A stretch of DNA of 64,000 nucleotides from Mobula hypostoma (taxonomy: Eukaryota). Within the stretch, counting starts at the first letter, position 1. Each line of letters begins with the position of its first letter. A program made the translations under genes and the position numbers. The notes under the pieces were generated by a model. It was not told the DNA's origin, made no database searches, and saw nothing but the letters and a program-made list of their open reading frames with translations. The stretch is from assembly GCF_963921235.1 (NCBI RefSeq), contig NC_086097.1:42596001-42660000 (forward strand), in the 5' to 3' direction. This document shows, in pieces, positions 53,465-64,000 of this stretch.

Positions 53465-56400
53465 GAAAGCCTGGGAGAGTGAGCAGTGTGGGTCATGGTG
53501 CACATTGGTAATTGGTACCAGTGACTTGGCTAGGAGGGATGACGAGGACCTGCAAAGTGAATTCAGAGAATTAGGTGCTAGGTTAAAGGACAGGACCACC
53601 CCAGAGTTGTGATCTCAGGATTGTTGTCCGTGCCATGTGTGCTGAGGCCAGAAATGGGAAGGTCATACAGTTTAACACATGGCCTAGGAGTTGTTGCAGG
53701 ATGGAGAGCTTCAAATTTTGGATGATTGGCCTCTCTTCCAGGGAGGGACCAGTAGAGATGGGTTGGTTTGCCCCTGAATGGGAGAGAGACTGATATCCTA
53801 GAAGGGAGGTTTGCACAAGGGGAGGGGAGATTAAACTAGAGTTGCAGAGGGATGGGAACCAAAGTGCCAGAACAGATAGTGGAGAGGTGGTAGAGAAAGA
53901 TGTTGTTAAGCCTACATGCAAAGACAGGAACCCAAAGGTCGAGCATGATGGGATTAATGTTCTGAGTTCCATACAGGTATATTTCAATGCAAGGAGTATT
54001 AGTTCACCTAATGAGGCTTTATGGGTAGAAATGAGGAATAAGAAAGGTATGACCACATTAATGGGATTATATTATAGACCACCCAACAGAGAAGGAAATT
54101 TGTAGAGAGTTCGCAGACTGTTACAAGAAACGTAAGACTGTGATAGGTGATTTCAACTTTCCGCATATTGACTGGGTCTCCCATGCTGTAAAAAGGCTGG
54201 ATGGGAAAGAGTTTGTCAAATGTGTCGAGAGAAGTTTCCTTTATCAGTTCATTGAAGTCCCAACTAGAGACAGTGCGATACTAGATCTCCTATTAGGGAA
54301 TGAGACAGGGCAGGAGGCAGATGTTTGTGTGGGGAAACAATTTGTATCTAGTGATCATAATGCCATTAGTGTCAAGGTAATTATGGAAAAGTAAAGGGCT
54401 GGTCCTCAGGATGAGATTCTAAATTGGAGAAAGGCCAATGTTGATGGTATCAGAAAGGATCTGGCAAGTGTGGCTTGGGACAGTTTGCTTTTTGGCAAAG
54501 GTGTACTTGGTAAGTGGAAGGCATTCAAAAGTGAAATTTTGAGAATACAGAATTTGTATGTTCCTGTCACAAAAAAAAACAAGGGTAACGGGTTTAGGGA
54601 ACTTTGGTTTTCAGGAGATATGGAGGCTCTGGTTAAGTAAAACAAAAGGAGGTGCATAACAATTAAGAAGGAAATCAGGAGTGCTAAATGAAGGCATGAG
54701 TTTGCTCTAGCAGATAAGTTGAAGGATAATACTAAGGCCTTCTATAGATATATTAAGAGCAAAGGGTAGCAAGGGACAAAATTGGTCCTTTGGAAGATCA
54801 GAGTGGTAATCTATGTGTGGAGCCAGAAGAGATAGAAGAGATCTTAACTGGATTTTTTGCTTCTGTATTTACTAGGGAGATGGACGCAGAGTCTATAGAT
54901 GTGAAGCAACACAGCAGCGAGGTCATTGACCCTATACCGACTACAGAGGAGGAGGTGTTTGCTGTCATATTAGGGTGGATAAATCTCCATAGCCTGACAA
55001 TGTGTTCCTTCAAACCCTGTGGGAGGCAAGTGAAGAAATTACAGGGGGACCAGCAGAGATATTTAAAATATCTTTAGCCACGGGTGAGGTGCCAGAGGTT
55101 TGGAGGATAGCTAATGTTGCTCCATTTTTTTAAGAAAGGCTCTAAGAATAAACCAAGAAATTACCGGCCGGTGAACCTGACATCAGTAGTGGGAAAGCTA
55201 TTGAAACGTATTCAATGGGACCAAATATATAAGTATTTGGATAGACAGGGACTGATTAGAGATAGCCTGCATGGCTTAGTGCGCGGTAACTCCTGTCTAA
55301 CAAATTTTATGTAGTTTTTCAAGGAAATTACCAAGACTGGTGATGAAGGCAAGCAGTGGACATTGTGTACATGAACTTTAGCAAGAGCTTTGAAAAGGTC
55401 CCACATGGGAGGTTGGTCAAGAAGGTTCAGTCACTTGTAGGCATTTAAGATGGATTACTAAATTGCATTAGACAGTGGCTTTGTGGAAGAAGCCAGAGAG
55501 TGGTAGTAGATGGTTGCCTCTCTGACTGGAGTCTATCACTAGTGATGTACCGCAGGGATCGGAGTTTGGTCCATTGTTGTTTGTCATCTATACCAATGAT
55601 CTGGGTGATAATGTGGTAAGCTGGTTTAGCAACATGAAGATAACACCAAGGTTGGAGTGTAGTGGATAGTGAGGAAGACTATCAAAGCTTGTAGCAAAAT
55701 CTGGTCCTGCTGATGAAATAGGCTGAAAAATGGTAGATGGAAGTTAAAACACAAGAAAATCTGCAGATGCTAGAAATCCAACACAACACACACAAAATGC
55801 TGCAAAAACTCAGCAGGTCGGGCAGCAGCTATGGAAAAGAGTAAACATTCAACGTTTCGGACCAACACCCTTCATCAGGTCTGGAAGGGGGGAAGAAGTC
55901 AGAATAAATAGATGGAGTGGATGGGAGGAAGAAGGACAAGGTGGCAGTTCATAGGTGAAACCAGGAGAGGAGGGAGGGGTGAAGTAAAGATCTGGGAAGT
56001 TGATTGGTGGAAGAGATAAAGGCTGGATGGTGGGGGGGTCTGATAGGAGAGGACAGAAGACCATGGAAGAAAGGAAAGGGGAAGGAGCACCAGAAGGAGC
56101 TGATGGGCAGGTAAAAAGAGAAGGTGTGAGAGGGAAATGCAAATGGAGAATGGTGAAGGGCAAGGGGCATAATTATAGCAACTTTGAGAAATCATTGATA
56201 ATGCAATCTCCAACCCAAGTGTGGGCTTATTGTAGCAGTAGGGAAAGCCATGGACTGACATGTCGGAATGGGAATGGGATGCAGAATTGAAATGGGTAGC
56301 CACTGGAGATCCTGCTTTTTCTGGTGGATGGAACATATGTGCTTGGTAAAGCGGTCTCCCAAACTACATTGCGTCTCACTGATATACAGGAGGCCACATC

Positions 56401-57358
56401 GAGAGCACTGGATACAGTAGACGACCCCAAAAGACTCACAGGTGAAGTGTCACCTCACCCAGAAGGGCTGTTTGGGGCCCTGAAGGATAGTGAGGGAGGA
56501 GGTGTAGCAGCAGGTGTGGCACTTGTTCTGCTTGCAAGGATAAGTGCCAGGAGGGAGATCAGTGGGAAGGGACAAGTGGACAAGGGGGTTGCATAGGGAG
56601 CAATCCCTACAGAAAGCAGAGAGCAGGGAGTGGGGGGGGGGGAGGGAGGGAAAGATTTTAATAAAGACGAGTGTGAGCTGTTGCACTTTGGGAGGACCAA
56701 CCAGTGAAGGTCTTACACAATGAGTCGTAGGGTACTATGAAGTGCAGTAGGACAGAGGGATTGAGAATACAGGTCCATAATTCCTTGACTGTAGCTTCAC
56801 AGATAGATAGGCACATTCGCCTTCATAAGTCAATGTATTGAGTACAAGTGTTGAGGTGTTATGTTGAAATTGTATTAGATGTAAGTGAGGCCTAAGTATG
56901 TAGTTTTGTTCAGCTACCTACAGGAAAGATGTAAATAAGGTTGAAAGAGTGCAGAGAAAATTAACAAGAATGGTGCCGGATCTTGAGGATTTGAATTATT
57001 GGGAAAGATTGAATAGATCAGGACTTTATTCCTTTGAATATAAAAGATTGAGGGGAGATTTGACAGAGGTATACAAATTTACGAAGGGTATACCTAGGAT
57101 AAATGCCAGCAGGTTTTTTCCACTGAGGTTGGGTGAGACTAGAACTAGAGGTCATGGGTTAAATGTGAAAGGTGAAAGGTGAAAGGTGAAATGTTTAAGG
57201 GGAACATGAGGGGGATCTTCTTCATTCAAAAGGTGATGAGAATGTGGAACGAGCTGCCATCACAATAAGTGGATACAGGTTCAATTTCAACATTTAAGTG
57301 AAATTTGGATAGGTACATTGATGGGAGGGGTATGGAAGGCTCTAGCCTGGATGCAGGT
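53465..57358 (+). mobile_element. Long degraded CR1 (ORF1 esterase remnant, APE, RT) split by Penelope
   Basis: IGTSD..EFRELG, LYYRPP, IGDFNFP, NYRPVNLTSVVGK. Confidence 0.9.
55747..56665 (-). mobile_element. Penelope-like element 3' part with hammerhead motif
   Basis: GTYPC..CHTC, PVATHFNS; CTGATGA..GAAACGTT on the minus strand at 55851-55878. Confidence 0.85.
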
Positions 57359-57360
57359 CC

Positions 57361-57755
57361 ACAAGACCATAAGACCTATGAGCAGAATTAGGCCATTCAG
57401 CCCATCAAGTCTGCTCCATCATTCCATCATGGCTGATTTATTATCCCTGTCAACCTATTTTCCTACCTTCTCCCTGTGTCCTTTGATACCATGATTAACC
57501 AAGAACCTATCCAAATCCACCTTAAGTAGACCCAATGACTTGGCCTGCACAGCCGTCTGTGGCAATGAATTCCCCAGATTCACCACACTCTAGCTAGAGT
57601 GATTTTTTCTCATCTCTGTTCTAAATGGACGACCCTCTATTCTGAGGCTGTTTCATCTGGTCCTAGACTCCCCCACTATAGGAAACATTCTCTCCACATC
57701 CACTCAACATCCAATTGTCTTCAATGAAATCCCCCTTCATTCTTCTCAACTCCTG
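57361..57755 (-). mobile_element. CR1 3' fragment
   Basis: accataag tail; similar to 28288 onward. Confidence 0.85.
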
Positions 57756-58579
57756 GTCGATGGGACTTGGTATATCAATGGTGGGCACAGACTAGATGGG
57801 CCAAAGGGACTGTTTCTGTACTGTAGTTTTCTGTGGCTCTTTGATCTTAATGGAGTTATTACAAATGTAAATTTGAAAGGTGTCTGGAGAAAGAAAAATG
57901 GCTGTACAATCTGTGAAAAGATGCCAAACAGTAACCATGAAAACAATCCATTGTCTTTGTAATAGTTATGAAAAAAACATAGAAGTATTCTGAAAAGGAG
58001 AATGGTGAGGAACCAGGAAAAATAAAAGTGATAAATAATGAACATGGCCATACTTCTCACAATGAATTGGTGAGCGGTAATTGAGCTGAAATCGGATAAT
58101 ATGCAAAGGCTTTAACAGATAAAATACCCCAACAAACATCCACACTAGTACAAAGGTATAGATAGATAGATAGATATACTTTATTAATCCCGAGGGAAAT
58201 TTGGTTTCATTACAGCTGCACCAACCAAGAATAGAGCGTAAATATAGCAATACAAAAAACCCCAACAATCAAACACCAAAATGCAAACTATGCCAGATGG
58301 AAAATAAGTCCAGGACCAGACTATTGGCTCAGAGTGTCTGACCCTCCATGGGAGGAGCTGCACATTCAATGGCCACAGGCAGGAATAACCTCCCGTGCCG
58401 CCAAGTGTTGTATCACGGTGGAATGTGGCCGAAATCCAACAGTAAAAAGTTCAGTAAAAAGTACGACAATAAGGGAAGAGTCTGAGGTGTATATGTTATT
58501 GATTGAGGCAGAGTGTATCAGGGCAGGATGATCAAAGACACTTCCTAATTCAATAACATCCCCCTCAATGTTTTTCAAG

Positions 58580-59242
58580 GGAAATGATTTGAAATACTTT
58601 CTGCAGCAGTTGAAGGAACTCGCAGAGGAGCTAACAGTAACCATCCTGAATTCAGTGCAATAAATTCTTGAATGGTCCAGCTTGATTGAGGAAGATGAAT
58701 ACAATGACAAAACAATTTTCTGTGACTATATCCCTGCTTTTACATTCTGCCGTCTCGTACCCACTTGCCTTGTAACTTCAACCATCCCTCCTTTGCAGTT
58801 CACACCTCATTTGAACCTTTCCACATCCACATCCAAATCCACTCAAACTCACCCTTGGATGGTTCACTCCCCTCTGGATGGTTATCCTCACCTAAGGTCA
58901 TGGGTCATCTCTGTGAACAAGAGGGTTGTTAGGAAGTGAGAAGTTGCTATCCACAGATCTCACAACTGAACATTGCAGTGAGGGGCTGTGAGAGCTCAGG
59001 GGTCTCCCAGTATCTCCTCCCTTCAGAGATGGGGAGGCATAATAGTTACATGATCACAGAATGAAACATAATGTTACCCACTGGGTAAACAATACTGTCT
59101 TTATGTTGATTTGATTTCTCCTTTTTAGTAGAACTTTCACACCTACAGCACATCCAGTAGCATTAGTGCCTTCAGGCATTCCTTTTCAGGGTGACTTGAT
59201 TAGTTTATAACACTACTATTATAAACTGCGCTCAATGATCAG
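58580..59242 (+). pseudogene. Two decayed GAIN-region helical exons (58580-~58730 and 59129-59242)
   Basis: NDLKYFLQQLKELAEELTVTILNSVQ*ILEWSS; acceptor ctttttag then LSHLQHIQ/ALVPSGIPFQGDLI/YNTTIIN, donor at 59243. Confidence 0.5.
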
Positions 59243-60165
59243 GTTGCGTTCAAAACAGTAAAACCATTCAGAGTAAAAAATAAACTGCTGGAGAACTCAA
59301 GCATCTGTGAAGACAAAGGAATGGTCTAAAATTAAGTATATGTTCGGCATAGCATTGTGGGCCGAAGGGCCTATATTGTGCTGTAGTTTTTCTATGTTTC
59401 TATATATATATATATATACACACACACGTATGTTAACTTAAATAAATAGTGCAAAAATAAAAATAAAAAAGTATTGAGGTAGTGTTCATGGGTTCATTGT
59501 CCATTCAGAAAGCAGATGGCAGAGGGGAAGAAGCTGTTCCTGAATCACTGCATATGCGACTTCAGGCTCCCGTACCTCCTTCCTGATGGTAGCAGTGGGA
59601 ACAAGCTATAGCCTGGGTGATGGGGGTCCTTAATGATGTACGCCACAGTTTTGAGGCATTGTTCCTTGAAGATCAGAGGAAGTGCACATGAATCTCTGCC
59701 TCAGCTATTTAGCTTGCTTAGCTCTAGACTCCAGCACGTGCGGTCTCTTGGGTCTCCAAAACTACTCAGAGGACATACAAGATGAAGGGGAGTGCTACGG
59801 TGTGGGAGCAGAAAAGGAATAATTATCACTGATCACATCACTTGCAGTAATCCCTGATCAGCAGAGCTATGCAGCGTATCCCGTTTCATGGTGTGATCAA
59901 ACTGTACCCAAGCAGGCTGAGGGAATTCCTCTTAAAGAACTAGCTCGCTGAAGAATATCTATACGCAGCAGTGATGGGGAAAAAGAGAGAGAAAAATATC
60001 AAAAGGAAAGAGACAGGAACAGCAGAGGAGGAACATCAGAAGGTGGTATTAATATTAACAGAAAGTAATACTAAGCTGCTATCTGCTGTTTTTAATCACA
60101 GTTTAAAGCACTAACTTGTACATGGATTTGTACACCATTTTGTCTCATGATTTGCCTCTTCTCAG

Positions 60166-60837
60166 TTCTATGTGCGTCCTGTTCTGGTGGCATGGCATTT
60201 CCATTTATAGCATGCATGGTGTCGTAGAGTAAATATCATACCTCGTTTCACATGGGTCTTGGACTGTCACAACACAAAAATATTATGGCTACCCCTGGAA
60301 ATTTTACACCAACATACAGAGTCACTTGCCTCATGGAGTGTTGTGTGTGTAGTTGACAACATCCTGCGCCTGTAGAAGGCCAATACAAAAACGTCCGCTC
60401 ATTCTAATCGATGTTTCAGGCCAAGATCCTTCTTGAGGACTGAGAAGGAAGGGGGAGGACAGCAGAATAAAAAGGTAGGGGGAAGGGAAGGAGGCTAGCT
60501 GGAAGGTAACAGGTGAATGCAGGTGAGTGGGAAAGGTGAAGGGCTGGAGAAGAAGGAATCTGATAGGAGAAGAGAATGGGCCAGAGCAGAAAGGGAAGGA
60601 GGAGGGGACCCGGGGGGAAGTGATCGGCAGCTGAGAAGAGGTAAAAGTTTAGAGCGAGGAATAGAGGGGAGGGGGAGTGGGGAGTTTTCTTTACCGGAAG
60701 GTAAAATTGATATTCATGCCATCAGGTTGGAGACTGGATATGACTTACTAGAAGTCTTAATGGATCCTGAAACAAAATAATTGAAATTCAATTTTCACCT
60801 CGCCAGTCACAGAAACAGATGCTGCCAAGTCCTGCAG
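60166..60837 (+). pseudogene. Decayed GAIN exon resembling PKD1L1, split by a Penelope fragment
   Basis: Acceptor cctcttctcag; one frame 60167-60403: ..KYYGYPWKFYTNIQSHLPHGVLCV*LTTSCACRRPIQKRPL (cf. recalled human PKD1L1 GVVGLNLYTCSSRRPINRQWL); resumes LLEVLM.., donor gtaac at 60838. Confidence 0.65.
60404..60740 (-). mobile_element. Penelope-like terminal fragment inserted in a pseudo-exon
   Basis: Purine-rich tract homologous to 55850-56170. Confidence 0.75.
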
Positions 60838-61443
60838 GTAACTAGTTTGCTTCCAAGAAAATGCAAATGGCTACAATTAACACATTCAGAAAGCACATCT
60901 TACGGCAATACACCCTGACTAAGGGGAGTGCCTTCTGCAAGCTACGCTCCTCTGCTGCTCTCACCTCACAAGCAGTGGATTATAGATAAAAGGCAGAGTC
61001 ACCACACTCCTCATCTGAGGCAGCCAAGGGACCTCCTGCTGGTTCTGTTTCGAGAATTCACAAAATATAGACAGTAAACTCAAAGGGAGGATATTGTTAA
61101 CCAATCACTTGCCATCGCAAGGTAGGAAAACAGCTGCGTTATTTATTGCTGCATTCGCGGACGCTGCGTGAAATGCCAAGGTGTACTCACCGTGGTTCCA
61201 ATGACGACTTTCAGCAAGCACAGAAAATATGTGAATGTGTTTGAAATTAGGTTGAAATACTGATACCATTGATCAATTAGCATAATTAAATACCTCACAC
61301 ACGTTTAAATTGGGTTAAGTGCATCAAGCCCAGTGAAATCAAGTTAAGGACATCTGTTAGTCGTTGGTGAATTGTCCCAAAATCTCAAGAAAGCAACATG
61401 AACAACTGCACAGAAGCATAATTACACACCACCTCTCTTTCAG

Positions 61444-61560
61444 CGTTCTTCAATTGAAAGTCTGATTTTCCAGGAACTGAAATGTAATTGCAGTTCTTGT
61501 GTCGTTTGGCATTATTCGGAAATTCGATCAGGCACTTCCCTAGTGTCAGTCATGCATAGA
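61444..61560 (+). pseudogene. Decayed GAIN beta-strand exon
   Basis: Acceptor ctctctttcag; VLQLKV*FSRN*NVIAVLVSFG (cf. recalled PKD1L1 SLQIEIEFS..VMLLVRFS). Confidence 0.5.
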
Positions 61561-61654
61561 AAGCCATCATAGATTCTGAGCATTGAGAAAGAAGGTTATC
61601 CTGCAAGCGATTATCACTGGCCAACACCACTGGTGTGGATTGAGATCCCAGAGC

Positions 61655-61888
61655 AGCACGGTAGCGTGGCAGTTAGCATAACATTATTACAGAGCCAGTG
61701 ACCCCAGTTCAACTCCACCACCGTCTGTAAGGAGCTTCTACACTTTCCCTGTGTCTGCGTCAATTTCCTCCAAGTGTCCCAGTTTCCTCCCACATTCCAA
61801 AGACCGATGGGTTAATAGGTTGATTGGTCACATGGGTTCACAGACTTGTTGAGTCAGAAGGTCTGTTACTGTGCTGTGTCTCTAAAAA
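61655..61888 (+). mobile_element. tRNA-derived SINE
   Basis: gcagcacggtagcgtggcagttagc head, ctgtaaggag core. Confidence 0.75.
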
Positions 61889-62094
61889 CAGCACACCATC
61901 CCTAACAGATCTTTTGATCTCACTCCTGAACGCAACCCCTATTGTTGAAATTCACAATCTTTCAAACTCTTGATCTTCCAGTCTACCGGCTTTCAAATCC
62001 TCAATCCCAAATCCTTCAGTTCCCCAACCTGCCAATTCACCATTCATCTAACCCCCAATATTTGTCCCATTAATCCCTGAAAACACTCAATCCC

Positions 62095-63600
62095 CTAGGT
62101 CCTTATCCTTACCGACTCCCCCATCCTCCAACCTCTGGCCCTAGTACTTCCTGACTCCCCACCCTCCAACCACTGGTCCTGATCCTTACCAACTCCCCAC
62201 CCTCCAATCACTGGCCCTGGTACTTCCTGACTCCCCACCCTCCAATCACTGGTCCTGATCTTTACCAACTCCCCACCCTCCAATCACTGGCCCTGGTACT
62301 TCCTGACTCCCCACCACCCCCAACCTCTGGCCCTGGTACTTCCTGACTCCCCACCACCCCCAACCTCTGGCCCTGGTACTTCCTGACTCCTCACCCTCCA
62401 ATCACTGGTCCTGATCCTTACCAACTCCCCACCCTCCAATCACTGGCCCTGGTACTTCCTAACTCCCTACCCTCCAATCACTGGTCCTTATCCTTACCGA
62501 CTGCCCCATCCTCCAACCTCTGGCCCTGGTACTTCCTGACTCCCCACCCTCCAATCACTGGTCCTGATCCTTACCAATCCCCCACTCTCCAATCACTGGC
62601 CCTGGTACTTCCTGACTCCCCACCCCTCAATCACTGGCCCTGGTACTTCCTGACTCCCCACCCTCCAATCGCTGGTCCTGATCCTTACCAATCCCCCACT
62701 CTCCATTAATGGCCCTGGTACTTCCTGACTCCCCACCCCTCAATCACTGGCCCTGGTACTTCCTGACTCCCCACCCTCCAATCGCTGGTCCTGATCCTTA
62801 CCAATCCCCCACTCTCCATTAATGGCCCTGGTACTTCCTGACTCCCCACCCCTCAATCACTGGCCCTGGTACTTCCTGACTCCCCACCCTCCAATCGCTG
62901 GTCCTGATCCTTACCAATCCCCCACTCTCCATTAATGGCCCTGGTACTTCCTGACTCCCCACCCCTCAATCACTGGCCCTGGTACTTCCTGACTCCCTAC
63001 CCTCCCATCACTGGTCCTGATCTTTACCAATCCCCCACTCTCCAATCACTAGCCCTGGTACTTCCTGACTCCCCACCCCCAATCACTGGCCCTGGTACTT
63101 CCTGACTCCCCACCCCTCAATCACTGGCCCTGGTACTTCCTGACTCCCCACCCTCCAATCACTGGTCCTGATCTTTACCAATCCCCCACTCTCCAATCAC
63201 TGGCCCTGGTACTTCCTGACTCCCCACCCCTCAATCACTGGCCCTGGTACTTCCTGACTGCCCATCCTCCAATCACTGGTCCTGATCCTTACCGACACCT
63301 CACTCTCCAATCACTGGCCCTGGTACTTCCCGATTCCCCACCCTCCAATCACTGATCCTGATCCTTACCGACTCCCAATCCTTCCAATCGCTGGCCCTGG
63401 TACTTCCTGACTCCCCACCCTCCAATCACTGGCCCTGGTACTTCCTGACTCCCCACCCTCCAATCACTGGTCCTGGTACTTCCTGACTCCCCACCCTCCA
63501 ATCACTGGCCCTGATTCTTACAGACTCCATACCCCCCGACCACTCGCACTGGTCCTTATGGACTCTCCCCACCTTCCAATCACTGACCCTGATCCTTACA
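62095..63600. repeat. 38-bp minisatellite with two unit variants
   Basis: A: CTGGCCCTGGTACTTCCTGACTCCCCACCCTCCAATCA; B: CTGGTCCTGATCCTTACCAACTCCCCACCCTCCAATCA. Confidence 0.95.
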
Positions 63601-63790
63601 GATTCTTTCCACCTTAGCTATCAAGCCTGACCATTTCCATTTTATACAATGACTCCCAAACACAGTCCTTGATCTTTCCAAACTCCTCCACCCCCAGCTC
63701 CTAACTCCAGGCCCAATCCCATCAGATTCAAGACCTCAGCAATATCCTCTAGCTATCAATCCTCCCCCACCTCCTCACAAAACTCCCAAG

Positions 63791-63882
63791 TCTAAGTTTT
63801 GGGACAATTGAACTTGCAGCTGCAGTGGTGATGGGTGATAGTGTCTTGCTCATATCAAGCTGCAACGCTATTCTATTCAGAG
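63791..63882 (+). pseudogene. Decayed GPS motif
   Basis: SKFWDN*TCSCSGDG*; three single-base changes (TCT>TGT, TGC>TGG, TGA>TGY) give CKFWDNxTxSWSGDGC, the GPS C.FW....W...GC signature. Confidence 0.65.
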
Positions 63883-64000
63883 GAAAGGAAGCAAAATACT
63901 TAATTGACATACACTAATATGTCTGCCGATTATTTTTTAACTATTGAACAAAATTCAACAAGGCCATGATTCTTTAATTTTAAATACATGCTGCCTTCAA

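Noticed and set aside
62095..63600. Possible CRISPR array or coding repeat
   Set aside because: No spacers; the 38-bp period is not a multiple of three and stops recur.

Overview
Eukaryotic, repeat-dense vertebrate DNA. The repeat repertoire (CR1/L3, Rex1/Babar, RTE, HERO-type RLE and Penelope retroelements, tRNA-derived SINEs, solo LTRs, a Tc1 derivative) points to a cartilaginous fish, probably a ray or shark (inference). I see no intact host gene; almost every ORF in the track is a transposon fragment or a shadow frame. The main result lies in the unique DNA between the repeats. Manual translation through stops and frameshifts shows a colinear, same-strand (+) series of decayed exons, many with AG/GT splice sites: LRR + LRRCT + three Ig-like domains (3.5-4.8 kb), several SEA-like modules (6.3, 16.4, 19.6 kb), an S/T/N-rich segment (22-25 kb), REJ-module motifs (31-46 kb), GAIN-region motifs resembling PKD1L1 (58-61.5 kb) and a GPS motif (63.8 kb). 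This looks like a dead polycystin-1-family gene, possibly with an N-terminal architecture I do not recognise among named vertebrate members. All domain calls are by-eye motif recognition and need profile searches. Other notable items: a foldback Tc1 built from two right ends, a 1.63-kb solo LTR with internal tandem arrays, a 60-bp hairpin Penelope-type insert, degenerate hammerhead motifs, multi-level TE nests and a 38-bp higher-order minisatellite. TE boundaries without a stated TSD are approximate.
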